Positions 1 to 9,993 of a stretch of 48,759 bases of DNA are shown here, in pieces; positions within the stretch are counted from its first letter, which is position 1, and every line of letters begins with the position of its first letter. The notes under the pieces are model-generated. The model made no database searches and was not told the DNA's origin. It saw only the letters and a program-made list of their open reading frames with translations. The stretch lies in the sequence record SRR31156797_15306. One strand, written 5' to 3'. Made by a program: the position numbers and the translations under genes.

Positions 1-71
1 TTCCACTTTCTTTTGAGGTGACCAAAGTGTGCACCTGCTTCAAGTAAATCGTTAAATTGAATTTTTGGCAT
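1..71 (-). CDS. rpsB: 30S ribosomal protein S2 (5' part only, runs off window)
   Basis: Manual translation from ATG at 71: MPKIQFNDLLEAGAHFGHLKRKW, the S2 N-terminal GxHFGH motif; follows rplM-rpsI as is usual in Bacteroidota. Confidence 0.95.
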   Translation of the reverse strand, partial: MPKIQFNDLLEAGAHFGHLKRKW

Positions 72-88
72 AATTTTTTTCTTAATTA

Positions 89-163
89 CAAGTTTACGTT
101 CTTCTTTTTAGGCAACCAACAAGTAGCTCATTTGAGATCTTGCCAGTTTAGATGCTAAACTTG
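89..163 (-). promoter_or_regulatory. Structured rpsB leader, putative S2 autoregulatory RNA element
   Basis: 8-bp inverted repeat 89-96/156-163, alternative hairpin 145-151/155-161, inner stem 111-115/140-144, between rpsI and rpsB. Confidence 0.5.
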
Positions 164-183
164 AGTTATCAAATCGATAAAGA

Positions 184-570
184 TTAACGTTTTGAGAACT
201 GAAATTTCTTACGTGCTTTTTTCTGACCTGGTTTCTTACGCTCAACTTCACGAGGATCACGTACCATAAACCCTTGGTCTTTCAATTGTTTTTTGTCGTC
301 AGGATTGATTTCTACCAATGCACGGGAAATACCAAGACGTAATGCTTCAGCTTGACCAAATACACCACCACCCACAAGGTTAACCTTGATATCGTAGTCA
401 GTTAATTTATCAAGTAAGCGTAATGGTTGCTCCACCAAATACTGCATGTTTTGAGTTGTAAAGTACTCTTTGTAATCACGTTTGTTAACAGTGATTTTTC
501 CAGTTCCTTCACTCACGTAAACACGTGCAATTGCAGATTTTCTACGACCAATTGTTTTTACAACTTCCAT
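184..570 (-). CDS. rpsI: 30S ribosomal protein S9
   Basis: GRRK N-terminal motif, GGG..GQA..LR.GISRAL, C-terminal ERKK.G.KKARK..QFSKR. Confidence 0.98.
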   Translation of the reverse strand: MEVVKTIGRRKSAIARVYVSEGTGKITVNKRDYKEYFTTQNMQYLVEQPLRLLDKLTDYDIKVNLVGGGVFGQAEALRLGISRALVEINPDDKKQLKDQGFMVRDPREVERKKPGQKKARKKFQFSKR

Positions 571-572
571 AC

Positions 573-1031
573 TTAAATCTTAATTGAATTTAAATTAATT
601 TCTTTAGGCTTTTGAGCATCTTGCTTGTGCTCAGGGCCTGCATACACAAATAGGTTTTTCATTAATTTGCGTGCCAAACGATTTTTTGGTAACATACCTT
701 TAACGGCGTGCTCCATAATCTCTTTGGGTTTCTTAACGAGCATTTCTTCTGCTCTCATTTCACGCTGACCTCCAGGATATCCGGTGTAACGGATATACTT
801 TTTTTGTTGCCATTTGTTACCTGAAAAAGTTACCTTATCGGCATTAATCAAAATAACATTGTCTCCGCAGTCTACGTGTGGTGTGAAATCCGGCTTGTGC
901 TTACCGCGCAAAATTTTTGCGACAGCAGAGGCCAAGCGTCCCACTGGTTGATTTGCAGCATCAATCACAACCCATTCTTTCTGAACGGTTTCCTTGTTCG
1001 CTGATACTGTCTTGTAACTTAATGTATCCAC
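573..1031 (-). CDS. rplM: 50S ribosomal protein L13 (GTG start)
   Basis: W.VIDA, GRLAS..A..LRGKHKP.FTPHVDCGD, TGYPGG, AVKGMLPKN. Confidence 0.98.
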   Translation of the reverse strand: MDTLSYKTVSANKETVQKEWVVIDAANQPVGRLASAVAKILRGKHKPDFTPHVDCGDNVILINADKVTFSGNKWQQKKYIRYTGYPGGQREMRAEEMLVKKPKEIMEHAVKGMLPKNRLARKLMKNLFVYAGPEHKQDAQKPKEINLNSIKI

Positions 1032-1086
1032 TCTTCCTCCTTAAATTTGATTACACAATTATTTAATTAAAAACAATTTTGGGCTG

Positions 1087-1118
1087 CAAAAGTACAATAA
1101 GTATTCAAAACTTGCAAT
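1087..1118 (-). promoter_or_regulatory. Bacteroidota housekeeping promoter of rplM operon
   Basis: -7 box TACTTTTG (1094-1087) fits TAnnTTTG; ATTG -33-like element (1118-1115) 20 nt upstream. Confidence 0.7.
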
Positions 1119-1206
1119 AATATGAACAACTAATTGTTGATAAAATTCTGATTTTAAATTGAAAGAGGGGATAAACAGAAAATATCGCTATTAAATGAAT
1201 TTTTTT

Positions 1207-1224
1207 AACCATTAAGAAGTTAAG
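1207..1224. repeat. REP/REPIN-like arm
   Basis: AACCATTAAGAAGTTAAG identical to 27765-27782; no intact partner arm nearby. Confidence 0.65.
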
Positions 1225-1330
1225 AAAAATAAAGTCTCCTTGTTTTATTAATGTATATCTAAAAAAACTTACTTATACCCCTATGCAGTATCATATCAAT
1301 CTCAATACTCACGCTCAATACTGATTTCTT

Positions 1331-1867
1331 CTATTTCGCTTTATACCGATTTACCCAAGCTGGATCTGTAACTGCTTTTAGGAAACTAATGAGGCTATCA
1401 CCAAATATTAAATCAGCTGGGTGATTGATGCCAAAAGGCTTTAGCATACCCATTTGTACTTCATTTGGGATATATTTTCCTCCAGCCCACCCTGGTTTGG
1501 GTTGCATGCCAAAAGGATATTCGGGATAACGTACTTTCCATAAATATTCAAAAACTAAAGGATCAATTTTATACTCATTAAAATAGTTTTTTCCATCCGG
1601 ATTAGCCTTTGAGGCTGTAATACCCGAAAACTGACTCATAAAATCCCGTTTTGTAATCACCTTATAATTTTTTGTACTGTCGTAATATAAAGTGTAAATA
1701 ACATAGGTAATTGGATTGCTTTGTGCTGTGGGCATTAAACGAATGCCAAAATAATGCTTTGAGAGTATGGTTTCTATATGACTTCCTCTTTCTTTTGGAA
1801 TTATTTGAGCATAGGAAACCATAATTGAAAAAATCAGTATAAAGAGAATAAGGGTCTTTTTAGCCAT
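1331..1867 (-). CDS. Hypothetical exported protein
   Basis: 178-aa ORF with Sec-type signal peptide (MAKK + hydrophobic core + SYA-Q); no recognised domain. Confidence 0.75.
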   Translation of the reverse strand: MAKKTLILFILIFSIMVSYAQIIPKERGSHIETILSKHYFGIRLMPTAQSNPITYVIYTLYYDSTKNYKVITKRDFMSQFSGITASKANPDGKNYFNEYKIDPLVFEYLWKVRYPEYPFGMQPKPGWAGGKYIPNEVQMGMLKPFGINHPADLIFGDSLISFLKAVTDPAWVNRYKAK

Positions 1868-1940
1868 TTGATTTTATTTTTTAGCTCTTGCTAATTTTTA
1901 TTTAAATACGAAAATACTAATTTTAAGATATTAAATTACT

Positions 1941-3173
1941 GTGTATCCTATGGAAGATTCAGATAAGTTCTCCAGCAAAGTTTCATTTGAGAAAAACGCC
2001 CTGATGCCTCAGGAAGAGAAACTTGAACAAAAAAAGAAAGAAAAAAAATTCATTATCGGTGTTCCTAAAGAATCTTCGGTAAATGAAAACCGTGTTTCAC
2101 TTGCGCCTCACGCAGTGGAACTCCTTGTGAATCACAATCATAGGGTTTTGGTTGAATCCGGTGCCGGTGAGAGAGCTAATTTCTCTGACAAGCAATACAG
2201 TGAGCATGGAGGAGAGATTGTCAAAACAAATAAAGAAGTTTTACAGGCAGATATAATTATAAAAGTTGCTCCGCTTACCGCAAAAGAAATTAAATTATTA
2301 AAGGGCAAACAAATTATTATTTCTTCTATTCAAATCTCAACACAGGAAGCATCCTATTTTAAAGAGTTACAAAAAAAGAAAGTTACTGCGTTGGGTTTTG
2401 AGTTTATAAAAAGTGCCAGCGAAAATGTATTCCCAGTAGTTGAATCGATGAGCGAAATTTCAGGAAGCACTTCCATTTTAATTGCTGCTGAATATCTGAG
2501 CAATGTAAACAATGGTAAAGGAGAAATGCTAGGTGGAATTTCAGGAATTTCCCCAACAGATATTGTGGTTTTAGGTGCTACAACAGCGGGTGAATTTGCC
2601 GTTCGCACTGCTCTGGGTTTGGGTGCATCAGTGAAAGTGTTTGATAAATCCATTACAAAATTACGCCAACTTCAGCGAGATTTGGGCTACCAGGTTTCGA
2701 CAAGTATTATTCAGCCTCGTGTGGTAATGAAAGCTCTCAAAACAGCTGATGTAGTTATTGGCGCATTAGCAATGGAAGAAGAAGTTCCATTTCTTGTGAG
2801 TGAGGAAGCAGTAATGAACATGAAACCTAATTCGGTCATCATTGATATAGGAATTGACCATGGTGGTTGTTTCGATACTTCTGAAGTATGTACACACGAA
2901 AGTCCAACATTTAAAAAATTCAATGTGGTGCATTATTGTGTGCCGAATATTCCTTCACGCGTAGCGCGAACCGCATCATACGGCTTGAGTAATATCTTTG
3001 GTCCTTTATTGCTTGAAATTGGTGAAAGTGGAAGTTTGAACCAATTAATAAGAACGAATAAGGGCATCCGTCATGGAGTGTATTTATTCAATGGTATTTT
3101 AACCAAAGAAAGTATTGGTCGTAGATTCGATATTTCCAGTCGCGATATTGATTTACTGATGGCGGCGTTTTAA
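1941..3173 (+). CDS. ald: Alanine dehydrogenase-family protein with N-terminal extension (start GTG 1941 or ATG 1950)
   Basis: IGVPKE....ENRV, IIKV, MSEISG, G.MLGGI.G, DIGIDHGGC, HYCVPNIPSRVARTAS. Confidence 0.85.
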   Translation: MYPMEDSDKFSSKVSFEKNALMPQEEKLEQKKKEKKFIIGVPKESSVNENRVSLAPHAVELLVNHNHRVLVESGAGERANFSDKQYSEHGGEIVKTNKEVLQADIIIKVAPLTAKEIKLLKGKQIIISSIQISTQEASYFKELQKKKVTALGFEFIKSASENVFPVVESMSEISGSTSILIAAEYLSNVNNGKGEMLGGISGISPTDIVVLGATTAGEFAVRTALGLGASVKVFDKSITKLRQLQRDLGYQVSTSIIQPRVVMKALKTADVVIGALAMEEEVPFLVSEEAVMNMKPNSVIIDIGIDHGGCFDTSEVCTHESPTFKKFNVVHYCVPNIPSRVARTASYGLSNIFGPLLLEIGESGSLNQLIRTNKGIRHGVYLFNGILTKESIGRRFDISSRDIDLLMAAF

Positions 3174-3520
3174 TACAAAAATTTTTCAAATATTGAGAAC
3201 TCTGATTAAACTGATTAATTTAACATTACGTTTCTTTATTATGCTTAATTACCCAAAACAAGTGACTCGTTTTCATTATTTTGTCGAAAATATCTAAGAT
3301 ATCCTGATTTTCGTGGATTATCAGCTCCAATCTGTTTTGCGAAGCAATTCTTTTAAAAAGTATTTAATTTCACAACATAAAACCAGGCAGCTCTGCTCGG
3401 TAAAACAATTAACTTATTTTTATATCCGTTTTATCCACATTCTAAAAAATCTAAAACCAATTTTTTACGCTGGATTCAATTTTTTGTCTGTTTTCGTTAG
3501 ACTGATAATTGAATAAAATA

Positions 3521-4198
3521 CTAAAAGTTCACTTTTGGTTCCTCATCTTCGAACATGAGTGCGTCATTGAAATAATCATTGAATGGTTTCAGTACTTCAA
3601 ACCGCTCTACAATATAATCAACCGGATTATCCAATAGTACAGCTTCATTGAATTGGTGCGTAGCCACAAAGTCTTTATGGCGTAATAAATCAATATCCGG
3701 ATGATCTTTTGGATAATCACGTGGAGCTGACTTCAATTGTTCACCCTGAATAGATCCATAAACAGATTTAAAACTCTTTTCTGCAATAATATCTCGAAGG
3801 GTTTGGGCATTATAATCAATTTGAGCTCTAACTTTTTTTAAGCTATCCGCAGGTGGATGGTATAAACCTCCTCCAAGGAAACACTCACCAGGAGCAATAT
3901 GAAAATAATACCCTGCTTTCGTACTTTTTCTACCATTTTCAGCCAAAAAAGCTCCAAAATGGGTTTTGTATGGACGTTTATCATTACTAAAACGCACATC
4001 GCGATAAATTCTAAATACTGAAGCTTTAGATGTTAATCCAACTACTTGCGGTTCAAAAGAACTTAATCCTACAATAACCTTGTCCACAAGGTCTACAAAT
4101 GCTTTCCTTGCCACGTCATAATCTTTTTTGTGGGCTTTAAACCAATCGCGGTCATTATTATCAGTAAGGTCTTTTAGAAAAGGGAGTATTTGATCCAT
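3521..4198 (-). CDS. DUF2461 / TIGR02453 family protein
   Basis: NNDRDWF..HK..Y, FRIYRDVRFS.DK.PYK, GYYFHI.P, HP.IDLLR.K. Confidence 0.9.
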   Translation of the reverse strand: MDQILPFLKDLTDNNDRDWFKAHKKDYDVARKAFVDLVDKVIVGLSSFEPQVVGLTSKASVFRIYRDVRFSNDKRPYKTHFGAFLAENGRKSTKAGYYFHIAPGECFLGGGLYHPPADSLKKVRAQIDYNAQTLRDIIAEKSFKSVYGSIQGEQLKSAPRDYPKDHPDIDLLRHKDFVATHQFNEAVLLDNPVDYIVERFEVLKPFNDYFNDALMFEDEEPKVNF

Positions 4199-4276
4199 GG
4201 TATATTTATTAGATATGATAAATAGTTTAACAAATTACTAAATTAGTTAGTTTTGTAAAACTAAACAATCCTGATT

Positions 4277-4963
4277 ATGACTGTTCAGAATTCGCAAAAT
4301 AAAGGAGTAATAATTGTTGCTGGAGGCAGTGGGAAACGCTTTGGTAGTGAGTTACCTAAACAGTTTCTTGAAATTAATGGAAGACCTGTCTTAATGCATA
4401 CGATCCAGCAATTTTATAATGCTTTCCCGAACATCAAAATTGTTGTGGTTTTGCCTGAAACACATCACGAAACCTGGACAAAGTTATGTGATGATCATCA
4501 ATTCGAGATTGAACACGAGGTTGTTCAGGGAGGAAAAGAACGATTTAACTCTGTAAAGAACGGACTGGAAAAAGTTTTGGATTGCGATATTGTAGGGGTA
4601 CAAGATGGTGTAAGACCATTAACCTCAACAGGTCTAATACAAAAATGTTTTGAAACAGCTCAACGACATGGGACTTGTGTTCCGGCTATTCCTGTAACAG
4701 ATTCATTAAGAAAAGGAAATCATACAAACAACATCCCAATTAACCGGGAGGGCTTTTTTAGAATTCAAACCCCACAAGTATTTAGGAATACCTGGTTACA
4801 AAAGGCGTATGATCAAGTATATGATCCTGATTTTACTGATGATGCCTCTGTGGTTGAAAAAGGTGGATATCAAATAATATTGACAGAAGGCGAAGAATCC
4901 AATATAAAGCTCACTAATAAAAGTGACCTCAAATTAATTAATCTATATTTAAAAGAAATATAA
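4277..4963 (+). CDS. ispD: 2-C-methyl-D-erythritol 4-phosphate cytidylyltransferase
   Basis: AGGSGKRF...PKQF, GG.ER..SV.NGL, DGVRP, IQTPQ.F, TDDASVVE, NIKLT. Confidence 0.93.
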   Translation: MTVQNSQNKGVIIVAGGSGKRFGSELPKQFLEINGRPVLMHTIQQFYNAFPNIKIVVVLPETHHETWTKLCDDHQFEIEHEVVQGGKERFNSVKNGLEKVLDCDIVGVQDGVRPLTSTGLIQKCFETAQRHGTCVPAIPVTDSLRKGNHTNNIPINREGFFRIQTPQVFRNTWLQKAYDQVYDPDFTDDASVVEKGGYQIILTEGEESNIKLTNKSDLKLINLYLKEI

Positions 4964-4975
4964 TTACGCATTGAA

Positions 4976-6523
4976 ATGACAAGAACCTGTCATCTAATAA
5001 TATACTTATTACTTGCTTTAAGCTTTTCTTCTAACGTAATTGGGCAAAAGGATAAAATATTAGTTGATTCTTTACTTCGAAGTTCTGAAATAAAATCAGC
5101 TACATATCCTGATATAGCCCTAATTGACGCTAATGAAGCTTTGAATATATCAAGGAGCATTAATGATGATAAGCTTATTATTTATAGTTTATTGCAAATA
5201 GGAAAATGTAATTATCTTGGAGCAAATTATAAAAAGGCTATAACGAATTACAACAATGCCAGAATTAGCGCCGAGAACCTTGAATTATCGATTTTAGAAG
5301 GTGATGCTTTAAATGGCTTAGCCCTCGTATATTTAGAACTTCAAGATGTAAAAAACTCACACAAACTTCATCGCAAAGCACTAAAGATTAGAAAAATAAA
5401 CAAGGATAGCTTTGGCCTTAGGCAAACTTATAATAATATAGGAATGGCCTTTTTTAAACTAAATAATTTTGACAGCGCATTAGTTTATTACATGAAATCC
5501 CATGCTTTGGTTAAAAACACCAAAAGCATGAATGCCATATATTCTCTTATCAATATTTCTAACGTCTATTCAGCGACCAATAATTATAATGCTGCAATTA
5601 TAAACTATAAGAAAGCGCTAGAAATTGCTGAGTCATTTAATCAGCCAACCTATATTTATATGTGTAATTTCAATATCGGATCACTATACAGAGATCAGGG
5701 CGATTTTGAAAAAGCATTTGATTATTACACGCTAAGCAAAACAATTCTCGACACACTTGCCAATATTAATTTAGAAATCCATTATCATCATGTAATGCAT
5801 GAAACATTTGCCATGCAAAATAAATTTGAAAAGGCTTTGTTTCATTATAAAAAGTCAAAGAACCTAAATGACAGCGTACTTAACATAGAAGCAAAAACGC
5901 ATGCTGATGAACTAAAAGAAAAATATGAAAGTGTAGAAAAGGAGAAAAAAATTGCTATTCAAAACTTAACAATTGCGCAAAAGAATCGAATAATATATAT
6001 TATGATTCTGGTTACTATCATTATAGTTTTACTACTTGGAATTATTTTATACCAATACCAACAAAAAAGTATTGCCTATAAAAAACTGGTTGAAGAAAAC
6101 ATTAAAAATGTACTTCCTATTAAAAAAGTTATTAAACTGAATGCTGACAAGGATTCTGACAATACATTAATTAATATTTACAATCGATTAGAGGAATTGA
6201 TGGGGAATGAAAAACTCTTTCTTGATAAATCATTACGTTTAGAACAAACAGCAGAGTTGTTAAACACAAACAGAACCTATTTATCAAACGCTTTAAAGGA
6301 GTTTGCGAACAAATCATTCAATAATTATATTAATGAATACAGAATTTACGAAGCTAAATTGCAATTAATTAGTAACGAATTTGATCATTTTTCCATTGAA
6401 GGAATTGGAAACAATGTTGGATTCCAATCTAAAACAACCTTCAATAATGTATTCAAAGAAGTTACTGGAGTAACACCTTCCTTTTTTAGAAAGAATAGAA
6501 TTCCACAAATCACTACCTCCTGA
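4976..6523 (+). CDS. Membrane-anchored TPR sensor / AraC-family HTH regulator
   Basis: Signal peptide, multiple TPRs (YNNIG..., NIG.LY..QG.F.KA..YY), one TM helix, AraC C-terminus (NRTYLS, F..YIN.YR, GF.SKTTF...FK..TG.TP..FR). Confidence 0.9.
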   Translation: MTRTCHLIIYLLLALSFSSNVIGQKDKILVDSLLRSSEIKSATYPDIALIDANEALNISRSINDDKLIIYSLLQIGKCNYLGANYKKAITNYNNARISAENLELSILEGDALNGLALVYLELQDVKNSHKLHRKALKIRKINKDSFGLRQTYNNIGMAFFKLNNFDSALVYYMKSHALVKNTKSMNAIYSLINISNVYSATNNYNAAIINYKKALEIAESFNQPTYIYMCNFNIGSLYRDQGDFEKAFDYYTLSKTILDTLANINLEIHYHHVMHETFAMQNKFEKALFHYKKSKNLNDSVLNIEAKTHADELKEKYESVEKEKKIAIQNLTIAQKNRIIYIMILVTIIIVLLLGIILYQYQQKSIAYKKLVEENIKNVLPIKKVIKLNADKDSDNTLINIYNRLEELMGNEKLFLDKSLRLEQTAELLNTNRTYLSNALKEFANKSFNNYINEYRIYEAKLQLISNEFDHFSIEGIGNNVGFQSKTTFNNVFKEVTGVTPSFFRKNRIPQITTS

Positions 6524-6600
6524 CTGTCAATCCTTTGTAAATATTGAACGCCTAGATTGTTTTATCTGAACATTTAGAAGTTGTAAAAATGCATCACTAA

Positions 6601-6608
6601 TAATTTTG
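6601..6608 (+). promoter_or_regulatory. -7 promoter box for T9SS adhesin gene
   Basis: TAATTTTG fits TAnnTTTG, 36 nt upstream of ATG 6645. Confidence 0.45.
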
Positions 6609-6644
6609 AATACTACTTTAGGATCCGAATCAAAATTTAGTAGT

Positions 6645-9600
6645 ATGAAGAAGTTAATTATTGCAACCTTAATTAGTTTACTTTCCTTAACAAGTATTGC
6701 ACAAAACATTACTTATATAGGAGATGGTACAATTGTAAATGTATATCCACCACAAACATCAGTATGGGATTATTCATGGTGTGATATGATCTATACCTCT
6801 GACGAACTTGGAGGTGAAAAAACCATTAATGAAATTGGATTCGATCAAACTGTTGATTTCGGAACAGGCTATTGGAATTATGCTCAAACAGCAAATCAAA
6901 AAATATATATGAAGCTTCGTTCTTCAGATTCTTTTGCCTCTGAAGCATATCCAGATCCAACCAATGTCAACAATGGATATACATTAGTTTATGATGGAAC
7001 AGGTAGTTCAATCCAGTTTAATTTAAGTTGGTCATTTATTGAATTAGATACACCTTTTGATTATGATGGAACGAGCCACCTTGAAATACTTTGGGTAAGT
7101 GAGATGGGAAATGATCCTGCAATGGTCAATGTAAAATTTAATAGCACAGCATTAGAGACTAATTTGCGCGTAAAAACAAATGGATCTGATGCTTCAGTTC
7201 CAACTGAAAATGGAACTTATAATAGTGAAAGACCTAATTTGGCCATTAACTATACATCTGATTCAAACGAACCGGCAACTCCTATTAATCCCTTTCCCAT
7301 TAATGATGAATATAAGTCATATTATAAAACAAATATATCATTCGACCTGGGGATTAATACAGATACATACGATATATATTTTGGAGAAACTGAAGGAACG
7401 ATGGCACTAATTCTTGAGGATGGTGCTTTTTCATCAATTGGGACTCACACACTTGAATTTTCAAGTGTTGGAATTACACTAGATCCTGAAACACAATACT
7501 TCTGGAAAGTAATAGCTAAAAATACAACGGCCTCTACAGAATCTGAAACATGGAACTTTCGCACTGAGCAAGTGCTTGAAGTACCATATTTTTATGGTTT
7601 TGAGGATTCATTAATTAACAACTCACAAGGACCTTATTCAAGCTGGGAATGGGGATGGTATGGTCCTTCAAACTGGAGAACCACAGATATAGCCGATTGG
7701 GTTTATTCCGGAAACTTTGCACTTCAGTGTAATGTATGGTTACATCAAGGTGATTTCAGCCTGATTACGCCAAGAATTAATCTTGAAGAAGGTTATAGAA
7801 TTAACTTCATGTGGAAACTTGCCACTGCTAAAGAAGGACAAGAAGAATCAAAAGACTTACAAGCTATTGTACATTTAGAAATATCTGAAGATAATCAACA
7901 AACCTGGGATCTACTGGAAACATTTGAATCATCTTCATCAATGAACGAATGGGAACAGTGTCTTGCAGACATAAGTGAGTATTCAGGTGATAACGTATTT
8001 ATTAGATTCCGCTACTACACCGATGCAGAATACAACGCAACAAATTTCGTAATGGACGATCTTAATATTGAGCCTATGCCAAATGGTGCTGTTAGTCACA
8101 TTCAATTGCAATCATTAGAATTTGAAGCAGTAGTAATGGGTGGATCAACTTATCTTGAGTTACCCGTTAAAAATATTGGAAATGAAATGCTTTACATAGA
8201 TAATTTTGTTACAAGTGCCCCATTCAGCGGTGAATTTAATGACTCAATTGCTCCTGGCAATACTAAATCAGTAATTGTGCATTTTTCACCTGAAACAAAT
8301 TCATTTTTTAATGGAAATTTTACAATAGAAGGAAATTTCACAGGAGACAATACTATTTCAGTAAATGGTCAAAGTATGATTCCAATGAGTAGATTCTGGG
8401 AAAATTTTGATTTATCTACTGAAATCCCTGAGCATTGGAATATTGTAAGAACTTCTGATCCATATGACTATTATACAACAGTTTCAATAGTTTCTGGATC
8501 ATATGATCCAAATTCATATCCAAACGCAGCGAAAATGCAAAAAATGAACGATACTATTTCACCGTTGGTTTTTATAACTCCTGGAGTATCTGATTTCGAA
8601 ACTAATGAACTCATATTCTCTGCAAAAACTAGCATGCCTGATTACACATTGCAATTAGCTGTAGGTGTGATGAGTGATCCATATAATTTTTCGGATTTTG
8701 ATACAGTTGCTGTATTTGATATTGATGGTACACACGATTGGGACACTGTTACTTTTGCAGGAAAAACTGGTCCATATATTGGATTTATGTTAGTTGGCGG
8801 GGCATATGCTCAAGCTATCATTTTAGATGATATATCCTGGGATCTTCCTATTTCTGAACCACCATACCCAGCTAATAATATTTATCCAACACATGGTTCA
8901 GCTAATGTTGATATAATGACAAAAATGCCTTTACAATGGACAAGTGGAGGTGGAGGACCCCTTGGCTATACACTTTATCTGGGAACAAATGCCGCAGCAG
9001 ACAACCTAATCAATGGATTGCCTATAACAGATGCATTAACACATGATGTCATTGCTTCAATGAATTACAGCACACACTATTACTGGAAAATAGTTCCTTA
9101 TAATGAATTTGGCTCAGCAACTAATATAGAAACATGGGAGTTTACTACAATGGGTGATCCAGTAATTACAAGTTTACCTTATAGCGAAAACTTTGATGCT
9201 GTAACTCATACTTCAGCATTTGATTATCCCCTGGGATGGTCAATTGAAAATGGAAATGAAGATAATTTTGCATGGGATATAATTCAAAACTATGCCTATA
9301 GTGGATTAGCCCACTCTGCACCAAATTCGATGCATATGGTCTTCTCTCTTCAAACAATGAACGATTGGATGTATTCTCCACCTATCCAACTTGAAGAAGG
9401 TGAATCTTATAAATTAAGCTTTTGGTACCAAACCCTGGGTGATCAATATGTGCCAAATCCAATTGAAAAAATTAAAGTAGCCATAGGTAGAGATAACAAC
9501 TCATCATTTATGACTCAGATTCTATATACAAATGAAGAAATAACAAATCAAGAATGGGAACTTGCTGAAATCTTTTTCACAGCTTCAGACAATGACGATT

Positions 9601-9923
9601 ACTTTATCGGCATTCAAGGATATAGCGATCCAAATCAGGGAATTCTAACCATTGATGATATTACCCTTGAAACTTACAATGATATCATAGAACAAAATCT
9701 AACTAAAAGTAAAGTATATCCCAACCCTGCTTCGGATATAATATATATATCAGGTGGAAAAGGAAAGCAAATTAAAGTTATTAATGCTTCAGGAGTTTTA
9801 CTTTATGAAGACATTCTAAATTCTAATCACAGCATCAATACATACGACTTCAATAAAGGTATTTATATCATTCAAATCACTGACGAAACTTCTGTTGAAT
9901 CTCATAAGATCATAATAAAATAG
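6645..9923 (+). CDS. T9SS type A CTD surface protein with cleaved-adhesin/choice-of-anchor J-like and Ig/FN3-like domains
   Basis: Start likely ATG 6645 (MKKLIIATLISLLSLTSIA-Q signal peptide); LPYSENFD...W and DWMYSPPI.L jelly-roll modules, YYWK FN3-like repeats, C-terminal VYPNPA...KGIYII.I...KIIIK. Confidence 0.88.
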   Translation: MKKLIIATLISLLSLTSIAQNITYIGDGTIVNVYPPQTSVWDYSWCDMIYTSDELGGEKTINEIGFDQTVDFGTGYWNYAQTANQKIYMKLRSSDSFASEAYPDPTNVNNGYTLVYDGTGSSIQFNLSWSFIELDTPFDYDGTSHLEILWVSEMGNDPAMVNVKFNSTALETNLRVKTNGSDASVPTENGTYNSERPNLAINYTSDSNEPATPINPFPINDEYKSYYKTNISFDLGINTDTYDIYFGETEGTMALILEDGAFSSIGTHTLEFSSVGITLDPETQYFWKVIAKNTTASTESETWNFRTEQVLEVPYFYGFEDSLINNSQGPYSSWEWGWYGPSNWRTTDIADWVYSGNFALQCNVWLHQGDFSLITPRINLEEGYRINFMWKLATAKEGQEESKDLQAIVHLEISEDNQQTWDLLETFESSSSMNEWEQCLADISEYSGDNVFIRFRYYTDAEYNATNFVMDDLNIEPMPNGAVSHIQLQSLEFEAVVMGGSTYLELPVKNIGNEMLYIDNFVTSAPFSGEFNDSIAPGNTKSVIVHFSPETNSFFNGNFTIEGNFTGDNTISVNGQSMIPMSRFWENFDLSTEIPEHWNIVRTSDPYDYYTTVSIVSGSYDPNSYPNAAKMQKMNDTISPLVFITPGVSDFETNELIFSAKTSMPDYTLQLAVGVMSDPYNFSDFDTVAVFDIDGTHDWDTVTFAGKTGPYIGFMLVGGAYAQAIILDDISWDLPISEPPYPANNIYPTHGSANVDIMTKMPLQWTSGGGGPLGYTLYLGTNAAADNLINGLPITDALTHDVIASMNYSTHYYWKIVPYNEFGSATNIETWEFTTMGDPVITSLPYSENFDAVTHTSAFDYPLGWSIENGNEDNFAWDIIQNYAYSGLAHSAPNSMHMVFSLQTMNDWMYSPPIQLEEGESYKLSFWYQTLGDQYVPNPIEKIKVAIGRDNNSSFMTQILYTNEEITNQEWELAEIFFTASDNDDYFIGIQGYSDPNQGILTIDDITLETYNDIIEQNLTKSKVYPNPASDIIYISGGKGKQIKVINASGVLLYEDILNSNHSINTYDFNKGIYIIQITDETSVESHKIIIK

Positions 9924-9966
9924 TAACCCGTTAGTACTTAAGCTAAATCTCTATTCTATCAACCTC

Positions 9967-9993
9967 AAAACTCCCGGAATCCCGGGAGTTTTT
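9967..9993. terminator. Bidirectional intrinsic terminator
   Basis: AAAACTCCCGG-AATC-CCGGGAGTTTTT between convergent genes. Confidence 0.85.

Noticed and set aside
3174-3520. Possible oriC: perfect DnaA box TTATCCACA at 3431-3439 in an AT-rich convergent spacer; also the 67-aa ORF 3313-3516
   Set aside because: Only one perfect box and no origin-associated genes; the ORF has no recognisable features
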